A stretch of DNA of 64,000 nucleotides, taken from positions 1,120,001-1,184,000 of the forward strand of contig OZ240211.1 in the NCBI GenBank assembly GCA_965197525.1, in the 5' to 3' direction. A program made the translations under genes and the position numbers. This document shows, in pieces, positions 1-9,784 of this stretch (position 1 is its first letter; every line of letters begins with the position of its first letter). Under the pieces are notes generated by a model. That model searched no databases. It had not been told where the DNA came from and was given only the letters and a program-made list of their open reading frames with translations. This DNA is from Nitrosopumilus sp. (GTDB lineage: Archaea > Thermoproteota > Nitrososphaeria > Nitrososphaerales > Nitrosopumilaceae).

Positions 1-477
1 TGTATTAAACTCAAAAGAATCCATTGAATTATGGTTTGGTTCTATCCATTGTCGTAAAATCTTTCCTTGTGAGTCTATAATGTCATAATTTGAGTATATG
101 ATACAATTCTCTTTATTCTCTAACTTTTTGGTACTATTCACTAACTCTTGTACTGCGTATGGGTACAACAGATCATCTGCACTCAGCCACTTGAACCATT
201 CCCCCTGCATCGCTTGTATTCCTGCATTTAATGCAGATGCCGTTCCACCGTTGGGTTTTGAGATTATTTGAATCCTGTCAGAGTATTCTTCTAAAATCTT
301 TAAAGAATCGTCTTTAGAGCCGTCATTGACTGCAATTATCTCCGTGTTGCCGTAATCTTGATTCAGAGCTGATTCTAGGCATTCTCTTAGATATTTTTCT
401 GCATTGTATACTGGAATGATAATTGAAACCTTCATCCCTGTTTTATCTGATGATTCGTCTAATAAATCTGACAACAT
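1..477 (-). CDS. Glycosyltransferase family 2 (N-terminal part; gene runs off the window edge)
   Basis: Not in the ORF track. Manual translation gives (MLSDLLDESSDKTG)MKVSIIIPVYNAEKYLRECLESALNQDYGNTEIIAVNDGSKDDS, the canonical GT2 N-terminus. An alternative ATG lies at 435. Confidence 0.9.
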   Translation of the reverse strand, partial: MLSDLLDESSDKTGMKVSIIIPVYNAEKYLRECLESALNQDYGNTEIIAVNDGSKDDSLKILEEYSDRIQIISKPNGGTASALNAGIQAMQGEWFKWLSADDLLYPYAVQELVNSTKKLENKENCIIYSNYDIIDSQGKILRQWIEPNHNSMDSFEFNT

Positions 478-1075
478 CGTTGTGTGTGTCCTAATAATAA
501 AAAACACTGTCTGGCATGCAATGATACGTGGACATGGCAGATACCATAATTACATGTGTAGAACCATGTAAGGCTGTCCGGACCTATGCGCTCAGGTCAA
601 CTGTTTTTCTAGGCATAAAAATGCAGATATTTTTGTAAAATAGCGCGTAGCCAAAAGCGGAACACAAGCACATACGTATATGCCTCTAGGACACACCTAT
701 GCATCAATCTGAAAATGTTACGCGAGGCGATCGCCGGATATACGAGATACACAAGACTTGATGTTGATGTTGAAAAGACTCTGTACCGAATCATTTGAGA
801 TAGCACGTAATTCTGCACAACATGCAGCCAGCGCAAGCCATGTATGAGATGTCCAGTACAGATTAAAACACGGAACCTGTTGATCCCATCTACCGTGCTC
901 AAGACATGTTGAGTGTATATACAGTCAAAATCGGATTATCTGGCGAGTATATTACACCAATTTTTAATCTTTGGTATACATGTGTTCATGCATGCAATCA
1001 TCTCCAAATTTTGGAGAGGGGCAAACTGCTTTCAGGATACTATAGTTAATTAAAGCACCAACTTGGAAATATGTT

Positions 1076-2188
1076 ATGAAAATTGGGTTTATTCACGCAT
1101 CTCTTGATATGTTAGGCGGAGCAGAGCAAATTACTTATTCATTATTAGATCTTTTAAAAGATAGTAGGCATAAAGTGACATTATATACTACAACTACTAA
1201 TGCAATAGTTCCAGATCAGATCAAAGTTACACATATCAAGAGAAATCCACTTCTATGTAAAATTCCGGGTAGGAGATTACAAGAAATATTATTGGACAAA
1301 CAGATATTTAAAAAAATAAAAGACGAAGACATTCTTTTTATTTCTAATGCAGGGGGGTTAAGATTAGAAGAGATTAAAAATCCAACTGTGATGTATTGTC
1401 ACTCCACACTTGAATCGCCGAAAAGAAACGTTAAAAAAAGCAACATGTTGGGGGTGTCGAGAATTTATTATAATTATATAGAAAAACATCACAAAGCTCA
1501 ATCAAAAATACTAAAAAAATCGTCAGTGCATTTAATTACAAACTCCAATTACACTAAAGAAAGAATCGAAAAAGTATTTGGAAAAAAATCAAAACTAATC
1601 TTCCCGCCTGTAAAGATAGATCAAAACAAATCTAAAACTTTGAAAAAAGCAGGAGTCATTACTGTTGCACGATTTGATCCAACAAAAAATTTAGAGTTTA
1701 ATCTAAATGTTGTAAAAAAAATCAATACAGGATACAAAATATTTGGCAATGCAAAATTGCCGATACATTTCAACTATTATAATGATCTCTTAAAAAAGAT
1801 TGAAGATCAGAAACGGATCAACTTTTTTTGCAATGTAGATAGAAAATTAATTAAAGATTCACTTTATGAGTCAAAAGTATATTTTTCAAGTAGTAAAGAG
1901 ACATTTGGAATTTCAGTTGTTGAGGGGATAATGACAGGGTGTATCCCAATTGTTCCTGACAACACTGCAAATAAAGAGACCGTACCTATTCCAGAGTTAA
2001 GATATCGCGAAGATGATATAGAAGATGCACAAGAGCATGTTCAACGCGCAATAGAGGGGGATTTTGATAAGCATCTTGACGAATTACAAGCAAATAGTAT
2101 AGAAAAATTTTCAGAGGCGCAATTTCAAAAAAATATCACAGAGTATTTGGACGAGTTTGAGAAAAGTATGAATAAAAAAAGTAAATGA
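1076..2188 (+). CDS. Glycosyltransferase family 4 (GT-B fold)
   Basis: N-terminal GGAE motif, ITVARFDPTKN and ETFGISVVEGIMTGCIPIV (EX7E) motif. Confidence 0.9.
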   Translation: MKIGFIHASLDMLGGAEQITYSLLDLLKDSRHKVTLYTTTTNAIVPDQIKVTHIKRNPLLCKIPGRRLQEILLDKQIFKKIKDEDILFISNAGGLRLEEIKNPTVMYCHSTLESPKRNVKKSNMLGVSRIYYNYIEKHHKAQSKILKKSSVHLITNSNYTKERIEKVFGKKSKLIFPPVKIDQNKSKTLKKAGVITVARFDPTKNLEFNLNVVKKINTGYKIFGNAKLPIHFNYYNDLLKKIEDQKRINFFCNVDRKLIKDSLYESKVYFSSSKETFGISVVEGIMTGCIPIVPDNTANKETVPIPELRYREDDIEDAQEHVQRAIEGDFDKHLDELQANSIEKFSEAQFQKNITEYLDEFEKSMNKKSK

Positions 2189-2447
2189 GTATTATAAGAT
2201 TTGAAAATATCTGATTAGTAAATTACTAATTTGCCCTTAGTTTTAATTAGATCTTTTGTAACTGTAGTTTTTCGAAGTTCATGACTGCAATATGGAAATT
2301 TACACTCAAACTTGCATCTCATAAAACAGATAGTAATGATTGGTCGATATACTATGCGTAGATCCTAGTCTACTTCAAAAAACTGCATAGCTTCATATGA
2401 TATAATATATTATGCATAGTCTCTAATCTCTTCTAACGTACGAAATG

Positions 2448-2981
2448 CTATAATCGTTTTATTTCATCGAATTTGTCAGGTTTTGGAAGACTGCCACCAT
2501 TTGATAAAAGTTCAAACTTTTTCTCCAATGCCTGCAATCTCTCCAGATCACCACTGTTTGATTTTTCGTCATTAATGTTATTCTTTGATATGATTAACAA
2601 TTCAAGCAAAAGAGGTGTAACACATTCTTTCCATAATCCTGGAGGTAGTTTGTAGTTGTAAGGGTTGGCCTCTGCAGCTACATCTACCTCAGATGAATAT
2701 GCCAAAGATTTTTTCATGTGTAAGAATCCGGCAAACGAGAGTGTTGGTAGTATAATAATTACAAATAAAATAGCATAGCCTGTAAAACTAGGAAATACAC
2801 TGTTTAGTGTAGAAGAATTTGCCACTGCAAGATAATAAGTCAATGTCAACATATTGCCAAGCGATAACAAAAATGCAAAATATTGTGCGTATCCCATTCG
2901 AAAATAAAACCATGATCTAAAAGGTAGTGTTTTTTTCAATTTAAAATGCCCCCTTTGGCGGGTTGCCAACATGACCTCCAT
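2448..2981 (-). CDS. Thaumarchaeal membrane protein, paralog 1 (true start probably near 2940)
   Basis: Hydrophobic helices; FRSWFYFRMGYAQYFAF...NPY aligns by eye with the adjacent ORF. Confidence 0.7.
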   Translation of the reverse strand: MEVMLATRQRGHFKLKKTLPFRSWFYFRMGYAQYFAFLLSLGNMLTLTYYLAVANSSTLNSVFPSFTGYAILFVIIILPTLSFAGFLHMKKSLAYSSEVDVAAEANPYNYKLPPGLWKECVTPLLLELLIISKNNINDEKSNSGDLERLQALEKKFELLSNGGSLPKPDKFDEIKRL

Positions 2982-3432
2982 TCATTAATTTAAGTAAGTC
3001 TTTTTCTAGACTATCTAATCGATTTTTTTCATCCTCAGAGAGTTGTTCGTCATTTATTTTCTTGATTAAGAGTTTGGTTATTTCATGATATGCAGGAAAA
3101 ATTACTTTTTCTGAAAATCCTGGAAGAGGTTTATAATGATAAGGATTAATTTCTGCAGATATATTTTGCTCAGCTGAAAATGTACCTATCTGTTTTAAGT
3201 GAATCCATCCAGCTAGTACGACTATCGGAATACCGATTGAGATTACAGTAACAATATAGATTTCAAATGTTGGAAAAATAACAAGTAAAAAAGGAACTTT
3301 GTCAATTGCAAGAAAGTAAGTACTTGTAAGTATATTGATCATTCCAACGAACACTGCAAAATAAGTGGCATATCCGATTCTAAAATAGAAAAATATCCTA
3401 TATCCGTCGTTTAGTTTTTTCAATGTAGACAC
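2941..3432 (-). CDS. Thaumarchaeal membrane protein, paralog 2
   Basis: YRIFFYFRIGYATYFAVF...EINPYHYK...GG; clear tandem paralog of 2448-2981. Confidence 0.75.
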   Translation of the reverse strand: MSTLKKLNDGYRIFFYFRIGYATYFAVFVGMINILTSTYFLAIDKVPFLLVIFPTFEIYIVTVISIGIPIVVLAGWIHLKQIGTFSAEQNISAEINPYHYKPLPGFSEKVIFPAYHEITKLLIKKINDEQLSEDEKNRLDSLEKDLLKLMNGGHVGNPPKGAF

Positions 3433-3485
3433 TTCGCTTTGTTACTTATATGAATATTTTTGATATTTTATTTTTTAACAAGAAA

Positions 3486-3797
3486 CTAGATCAATGACCG
3501 ATTTTCTGGAAAAAGCCCATCTCCTAGACTCTTGTTATTCCTCTCTGCGTCTGCTGCGTGTTGCCGTGCCTCTCTCTCTCTCTTTTGCATACACCATTCC
3601 AAAGAATCCGCAGATGGTGGTAAATTGGGATTCTCGTAATATGCTAGCTTGTGCTCAAGTGCATCGATGACTCTATTGAATCAATTGTTTTCCTTTTCGA
3701 TTGCATTTATCTTGACATTGAGTACTGATATTCTGTCTGTGAAGGAGCGTATGATTTCCTCCTCCAATTCACCATATGTCAGTCTGCGGTCTTTCAT
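3486..3797 (-). pseudogene. IS66-family transposase N-terminal relic
   Basis: Manual translation MKDRRLTYGELEEE...IEKENN*FNRVIDALEHKLAYYENPNLPPSADSL has an in-frame TGA at 3681-3683. A coiled coil followed by LAYYENPxxPPS is typical of IS66 transposase N-termini. No catalytic domain follows. Confidence 0.6.
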
Positions 3798-3926
3798 ACA
3801 GAAACATGTACTATCAACATAGTGATGCATAAAATCTATTGTTGGCTAGTAGTTCAGAGGACGTGACATCATACTAGTAGAACGTCTATAGAGTTAATAA
3901 TAAAACATTATTTTATTTCAGTTAGA

Positions 3927-4373
3927 TTGATTCAAGGAGTAGAAAACAATCCGGTACAACATTTCATTGATGATAGAGGATTCTTGTCACAGATACTTCC
4001 AGAAGGAGACAAGTCCTTTGAGATAAAGCGCGTTTATTCAACAGGAAACTTCTCCAAAGGCACCATTAGAGGATACCACAAACATCAGCGTGAAAAGAAA
4101 GGATTTTTTGTTACGTCAGGCGCTGCAAAATTTGTTGCAGTAGATGATCGAAAAGATAGCCAAACTTACAAAGAGATAAACACGTTTGTTTTATCAACAC
4201 TGAAACCTACGGTTTTAATTATACCAACAGGTGTGTATACCGGATGGATGTCGCTTGCAGATAATACAGTGATATTGGGAATCTCATCAGAAGTATTTGA
4301 TAGAGATAATCCTGATGATGAGAGGTTGGATCCTAACACTTTTGGTAATGTTTGGGAGATAAAAGACAGATGA
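3927..4373 (+). CDS. dTDP-4-dehydrorhamnose 3,5-epimerase-like cupin (RmlC family)
   Basis: DDRGFLS, GTIRGYHKH and VLIIPTGV cupin motifs. Confidence 0.8.
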   Translation: MIQGVENNPVQHFIDDRGFLSQILPEGDKSFEIKRVYSTGNFSKGTIRGYHKHQREKKGFFVTSGAAKFVAVDDRKDSQTYKEINTFVLSTLKPTVLIIPTGVYTGWMSLADNTVILGISSEVFDRDNPDDERLDPNTFGNVWEIKDR

Positions 4374-5362
4374 AGATACTGCTAACCGGAGGAGCGGGGT
4401 ATCTAGGCTCTGTACTTGCAAGAAAGTTGCTGGTAAACGGTCATCATGTCAGAATACTAGATAACTTTCTGTTTGGGAAGGATTCTATCAAGGACATACA
4501 AGACAACAAAAAGCTAGAGGTTGTACAGGGTGATATCAGAGATTTGGCCATAGTAGGCAGATCGCTTAAAGACATCGATTCAGTGATTCACCTAGCCTCA
4601 ATAGTTGGGACCCAGTCAGCGGAACTAGATCCAAAGACATCAATGGAGATCAACTTTATGGCAACAAGAAACATTGCCGAGTTGTGTAAAATCTATAAAA
4701 TTGAACAGTTTATTTTTGCTAGTACGTGCTCTGTGTACGGTGCTCAACCAGACCAACTAATTACAGAGAGCTCAGAGGTAAATCCGTTGGATTCATACGG
4801 TTTGTCAAAGTTCCAATCAGAACGGGCAATACTGCAAGCGTATGACTATCCTACAATATTGAGATTGGGCACATTGTTTGGTGCATCATACAGAATGAGA
4901 TTTGATTTGGCAATTAATCTGTTTATTGCACAAGCTATGAACAAAGAAAAGATAACGGTATTTGGGGGAGAGCAATGGAGACCGTTTTTGCATGTTGATG
5001 ATGCGGCAGAGGCATTTGTTTTTGCAGTAGAAAACAAGATGGAGGGCATATACAATGTAATTTGGAAGAATCTCACAATTAATCAGATGGCAAAAGATGT
5101 AAAGAAGATAGTTCCAACTAGGATAGAATTGTCAAAAGATATCATAGACAAGAGGGACTATCGTGTAAGTGGAAAAAAGGTGGAAAGATTTGATTTTAAA
5201 GCCAGTAAAGGTATCTCATATGCGGTAAAAGAGTTCAAGACACATATACGAAACGACATAAAAAACTACAAGCAGGACAGATACAGCAACTACAAATCCT
5301 TCTTTAACTCAAAATCCATTCAACGTAAAGTGTATACTCAGGGACCGATATTTAAGAGGTGA
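4370..5362 (+). CDS. NAD-dependent nucleotide-sugar epimerase/dehydratase (extended SDR)
   Basis: ILLTGGAGYLGS, STCSVYG and YGLSK (YxxxK); ATGA overlap with the upstream gene at 4370-4373. Confidence 0.9.
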   Translation: MKILLTGGAGYLGSVLARKLLVNGHHVRILDNFLFGKDSIKDIQDNKKLEVVQGDIRDLAIVGRSLKDIDSVIHLASIVGTQSAELDPKTSMEINFMATRNIAELCKIYKIEQFIFASTCSVYGAQPDQLITESSEVNPLDSYGLSKFQSERAILQAYDYPTILRLGTLFGASYRMRFDLAINLFIAQAMNKEKITVFGGEQWRPFLHVDDAAEAFVFAVENKMEGIYNVIWKNLTINQMAKDVKKIVPTRIELSKDIIDKRDYRVSGKKVERFDFKASKGISYAVKEFKTHIRNDIKNYKQDRYSNYKSFFNSKSIQRKVYTQGPIFKR

Positions 5363-5375
5363 CAGGAGGGATACC

Positions 5376-6101
5376 ATGACAGTTTTTATCACAGGTGCAT
5401 CAGGGGCGTTAGGCTCAGAACTACAAAAGACATATCCTGGTGCCCTAGTGCCAACGCACAAAGAGCTAGATATTGGCAATAGAGAGCAAGTGCTAGAATT
5501 TTTTCAAAAACACCCAGATATTGATACAGTTATTCATGCCGGTGCTCTTACTGGAATAAGACCTTGTGAAGAGGACCAGCCACTAGCATGGAGAACCAAT
5601 GTCGAGGGTACAAGAAATCTTGTAGATGCAGTACTAGAATCAAAACAAAAGATTCAGTTTATCTATGTGAGTACTGCGTGCGTGTTTGACGGGCATCACG
5701 AGATGTACAAAGAGAGTTCCATACCATATCCTGAGAATTTTTACGCACTCACAAAACTGGTGGGAGAGAGCGAAATTAGAAAATTACCAGAATTTTTAAT
5801 TGCAAGAACTAATTTTGTTGCAAAGGAAAGGTGGCCATATCCTAAAGCATTCACAGACAGATATGGGACTTATCTATTTGCAGATGGGGTAGCGCATGGA
5901 ATAAGAGATGTACAAAGAGAAGAGATGACAGGAATTGTGCATATTGTAGGAGATAAAAAGATCTCTGTATATGAATTGGCAAAGATTACGACTCCAGATG
6001 TTGAACCTATGACTATCAAGGATTATTCAGGACCCAAACTAACGATGGATATGAGTTTGGACACAGAGAGATGGAAAAAATATAAAATTTCCAATCCATG
6101 A
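5376..6101 (+). CDS. dTDP-4-dehydrorhamnose reductase-like SDR (RmlD family)
   Basis: ITGASGALG, STACVFDG and YALTK motifs. Confidence 0.8.
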   Translation: MTVFITGASGALGSELQKTYPGALVPTHKELDIGNREQVLEFFQKHPDIDTVIHAGALTGIRPCEEDQPLAWRTNVEGTRNLVDAVLESKQKIQFIYVSTACVFDGHHEMYKESSIPYPENFYALTKLVGESEIRKLPEFLIARTNFVAKERWPYPKAFTDRYGTYLFADGVAHGIRDVQREEMTGIVHIVGDKKISVYELAKITTPDVEPMTIKDYSGPKLTMDMSLDTERWKKYKISNP

Positions 6102-6193
6102 CTTTAAAGACTGTACATATTATACAAAAACTATCAGGGTTATGTTCAGAGTAGAAAATACACAAGATGAATTATAAAGACATATCAAAATAG

Positions 6194-7753
6194 TTAATCT
6201 GTCGGAGAATTTGTTACAAGAATAGTGGTAACATCAGTGAAATTATAAGGATAACCATAACCACTAAAGTAATTTTTATCGTCGAGTAACTCAAAATCCC
6301 CATTAAAATATGCATTAAGGATTAATCTAAACGAGTTAACAGGAGTTATTCCATTATAAATCAACTCATTGTTTTGATCGGGCAGATAATACGCATTAAG
6401 GATGGACATTCTTTCTTGGATAGCTGCATCACTTGGATTGTGATGCCAGTTTGAGGAAGGTTCGGTAAAAAGGCTAAAAGTACCATGATCTCCTTGCAAA
6501 ATGATAACAGGTGGAAAAGTGCTTTCAAGTAATATGATATCGATCATCTCAATCACTTTTTTATTGATAAATTGAACTTGTTCTACATAATCATTTTTGT
6601 CCTCTAATTTAAAGTTCCCAGGAATGACTTTTTTAGGTTGTTTAATCTCACCGTTAGATCCAAACACAAATGGACCATGAGGAGATAGAAAATGTGCATA
6701 AACAAAGAATGGTTCTTCAATGACGTTATGCAAATCAGATAATTCAGAAAATTTGCATAAAACTTGACCAGTACGAAAATGTTCCGTAGGGATATCAGAA
6801 AGTGGCGGATGTAATATAGTGGATTCCCACAAAAGACTATGGAATGGACTACTAAATCCAGGATGTGGGCATAATTGGTAATCATGGGACGTTATAGTGT
6901 TAGGATATATAGGTGTATGTACAACTGTATAGTTTAAAGATTTAAAAATTTTAGATATTTTATTATCATTCAATAGTTTTAAAGGTAAAGTTGAATCAGA
7001 CGAATCGACTCCAACTGTATCAGTAAGGTAATTTAGATATTCCATATTCAATGAAGATGTAACTGAGAGAAATGTTTGAGGATAGTTGCTATGACTATTT
7101 TTGTCAACATGAAATCCTCTTGATTCCAATTCAGATATAAAATCTTGATTATCAAAATTGAATAGTTCTTTTAAAACTTTAGAATTGGTGTATTCATCCA
7201 AGATAATATAATATACGTTGGGAGTGTATCCAAGTGCAGATGCAGACAAAGTATCAAAAGTTATATTATTATCTGCAATTTCAGTAAAACTGTTCTCTAC
7301 CAAGGATACAGTGATGTTAGATGCCGAAACAAGTATTAGAACTATAGCAATAACATTTGCAATTGTTGTAAATTCTACAAAATTTTTCTTAGTCTTTAAG
7401 ATGGAATAAATACCAACGCCGAATATCAGAAGAAAAGATCCCATCAAATAACGATGACGTCCAATCTCAAAATCACCAATCATAGCGTTATTAAAAATAT
7501 TAAAAATGTGTCCATACATAAAAAATAACACAAGACCGAGTGATACTATCAATCCAGATTTCATCTTGTTTTTCAATAAGAGATTTAATAGATACCACAA
7601 ACTGCTTACAATCAGAATGATAACCAGTATTGATAAAATAATGTCAGCGAGATGTATATAGTCAATATTCAAAGAGACAAGCAAGAGAACAGGTATTACA
7701 GCAAACAGAAATGGATGAATGACGCTAGACCTAGTTAACAAAAATTTCATCAT
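6194..7753 (-). CDS. Membrane-anchored alkaline phosphatase superfamily enzyme (LtaS/sulfatase-like transferase)
   Basis: About 5 N-terminal TM helices, then YYIILDEY, SNYPQTFLS, AHFLSPHGPF and LQGDHG metal-binding motifs. Confidence 0.8.
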   Translation of the reverse strand: MMKFLLTRSSVIHPFLFAVIPVLLLVSLNIDYIHLADIILSILVIILIVSSLWYLLNLLLKNKMKSGLIVSLGLVLFFMYGHIFNIFNNAMIGDFEIGRHRYLMGSFLLIFGVGIYSILKTKKNFVEFTTIANVIAIVLILVSASNITVSLVENSFTEIADNNITFDTLSASALGYTPNVYYIILDEYTNSKVLKELFNFDNQDFISELESRGFHVDKNSHSNYPQTFLSVTSSLNMEYLNYLTDTVGVDSSDSTLPLKLLNDNKISKIFKSLNYTVVHTPIYPNTITSHDYQLCPHPGFSSPFHSLLWESTILHPPLSDIPTEHFRTGQVLCKFSELSDLHNVIEEPFFVYAHFLSPHGPFVFGSNGEIKQPKKVIPGNFKLEDKNDYVEQVQFINKKVIEMIDIILLESTFPPVIILQGDHGTFSLFTEPSSNWHHNPSDAAIQERMSILNAYYLPDQNNELIYNGITPVNSFRLILNAYFNGDFELLDDKNYFSGYGYPYNFTDVTTILVTNSPTD

Positions 7754-9150
7754 ACTGCCAGCTTTTTCATCAGATATAAAACTCGTTCAGAGTCACCAAG
7801 TTTGAGTTTTTGACGTATATCAAAAAAATCACTAAATGCTTTCTCAAAGGTCTCCCCAGTATAATCAGCAAAGATATCCTCTCGTGTTACAAGTAATCTG
7901 CTTATCTGAGAGTCAGATTTTGGAATAAATTCAATTATCAAGAATCGGGATACTATTGTTTTAAAGAATGTGGCAATCCTATATAACGGAAGATTGTTGC
8001 TGATTGCCAAGTGATGTATCAGGGCCAAAGCCATAACCGTATCTGCAGGCCCTCTATCAACAAACGACTTTCTCTCTGAATTGGCCCACCCCACGCTGGG
8101 GCTAGGATTAGTCAAGTCAAGTAACAGTGGCAGAATATTAGCATCTCTATCTTTTTGTGCACTCAAAAAGTTCTGTTCCACTGCTGCAGGGTCAATGTCA
8201 AATGATACGGTAAAAATCCCTTTAGAGGTGGCAGTCCTACTAAACACACCAGTATTCGCACCTAGATCCCACACAACAGAGGGTTTTACATCATCGAGCC
8301 AATCAGATACAACCCTCTTTTTTTGCTCAAACCCCTGTTCAGAATAGTTCGTATCAGAGTAATAATCGGCCCATTGGGTCCCCTTGGGAGACCAATTCAA
8401 TTTTTGTATCCCGGAATGTAGACTGGAGACTAACCCAACGAACTGATTCTTGGACAATTTTTTCTGTTTTGCGATTTTGACTTTTTTATCCCCGTAATGT
8501 TTCTGACTTTTTGCATGGGCATGAATGTGTGCTAGCAACGAATATGAGAGAAACATCTTGGTAGGTAAAAGAGCACTTGCCATATCAAGTGGAATACCGT
8601 CTACATAGTTTCGTAGCAGTTGACTGAGGCGTATATCCTTGTGGGCCATCAATGCAAGGGGGGCAAGAAAATGAGAGCAGAACTGTTTGTACGCCTTCCA
8701 GATATCACCTTCCTTGTACATCTCAAAGGATAAAGTATCAATTAGAATGGGTTTACAGTCTTTGAATTGAATGTTGTATGCACTGCTGTCTTTTAGTGTC
8801 ATTCCAAAATCCATAGCAATGCTTTGAATCTCAAGTGTGGCTAGTGCAGCCTGTTTTAACTGGCTGAATGACCATTCGTAAGGATATGATACAAATGGAA
8901 TTATGGAGGGTTTGATTATTTTAAAAGACTTGTCTTTATTGTGAATGGGAGTAACAACATCTGATGTTTCGTGGGGTACAAGCAGGTGGGATTCCACTAG
9001 TTTCTCATAAAGACCAGAGGTCATCAGATGCTCATAATCTTCTTTGTAGGACGAGTTGATTTGGCGGTACAGCGTATCACCAGAATAAAATAAAAAGCCG
9101 CTGGGATCTCTAAAGGAACTGGGTTCAAAGTGGTGTGAGGGTACAGACAA
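7750..9150 (-). CDS. NoeA-like protein: N-terminal kinase-like domain plus class I SAM methyltransferase
   Basis: C-terminal VWDLGANTG SAM motif. The N-terminal LKDSSAYNIQF...ILIDTLSF resembles the kinase catalytic loop and metal-binding Asp. Overlaps the downstream gene by 4 bp. Confidence 0.75.
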   Translation of the reverse strand: MSVPSHHFEPSSFRDPSGFLFYSGDTLYRQINSSYKEDYEHLMTSGLYEKLVESHLLVPHETSDVVTPIHNKDKSFKIIKPSIIPFVSYPYEWSFSQLKQAALATLEIQSIAMDFGMTLKDSSAYNIQFKDCKPILIDTLSFEMYKEGDIWKAYKQFCSHFLAPLALMAHKDIRLSQLLRNYVDGIPLDMASALLPTKMFLSYSLLAHIHAHAKSQKHYGDKKVKIAKQKKLSKNQFVGLVSSLHSGIQKLNWSPKGTQWADYYSDTNYSEQGFEQKKRVVSDWLDDVKPSVVWDLGANTGVFSRTATSKGIFTVSFDIDPAAVEQNFLSAQKDRDANILPLLLDLTNPSPSVGWANSERKSFVDRGPADTVMALALIHHLAISNNLPLYRIATFFKTIVSRFLIIEFIPKSDSQISRLLVTREDIFADYTGETFEKAFSDFFDIRQKLKLGDSERVLYLMKKLAV

Positions 9151-9151
9151 T

Positions 9152-9367
9152 TTAGTTCTTGATGAATTTCTCTTTAATCTTGTGCCAATAAATCTTCAGA
9201 GTAATGCCAACGCCTGCTAGCGCGCCAATTAACATTTGAATTATCACACTTCCACTACCAGGGTCCAAGTATGCGTATGCCTCTGTAACAAAGAATCCTC
9301 GGAATAGTAGGGCTAACGTAAAGATAGGTAAAACAGTATAAAGATAGTTATGTGCTCTGATCATCAA
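9152..9367 (-). CDS. Small membrane protein with AYAYLDPGSGS motif
   Basis: Two hydrophobic segments around YLDPGSGS and a basic C-terminus; ends 1 bp before the methyltransferase start. Confidence 0.75.
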   Translation of the reverse strand: MMIRAHNYLYTVLPIFTLALLFRGFFVTEAYAYLDPGSGSVIIQMLIGALAGVGITLKIYWHKIKEKFIKN

Positions 9368-9784
9368 AGTGTAAAAAACTAGTAATTATTTAAACTATCA
9401 GTACAGACAAAGGTCCAAATTAGAATGATGTATTTCGAGACAAAAAGATATAGGAATTCAAGTAGAGAGTGTATCTGAACATAAAACAGAGCAAGTGACC
9501 TTAGGAGAGTGCAACTATATGTTTTGGCAGTCAACTTTTTGATGTAAATTTGAGCTAGTTTGCAACAAGTTATTGTGTTTTTACAAGGTTATAGCAGAAC
9601 TTGGTCTGCGATGATCCTAGATAAAAATTACAAGATGGTAGAAACTAGCTGTTGGCATCATTGATTATTTTTAATAATTCTAGAGACGTGCCGGCAGGAC
9701 AGTTAGACTGGTAGTATATGACATACATTTAATGTTACGTGTCAAGACAGACCCCATAGTGATATTTTTATTGATATAGTCAAA

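Noticed and set aside
609-902. 97-aa ORF, and the many short antisense/overlapping ORFs in the track
   Set aside because: No motifs. Most are shadows of well-supported genes on the opposite strand or in another frame.
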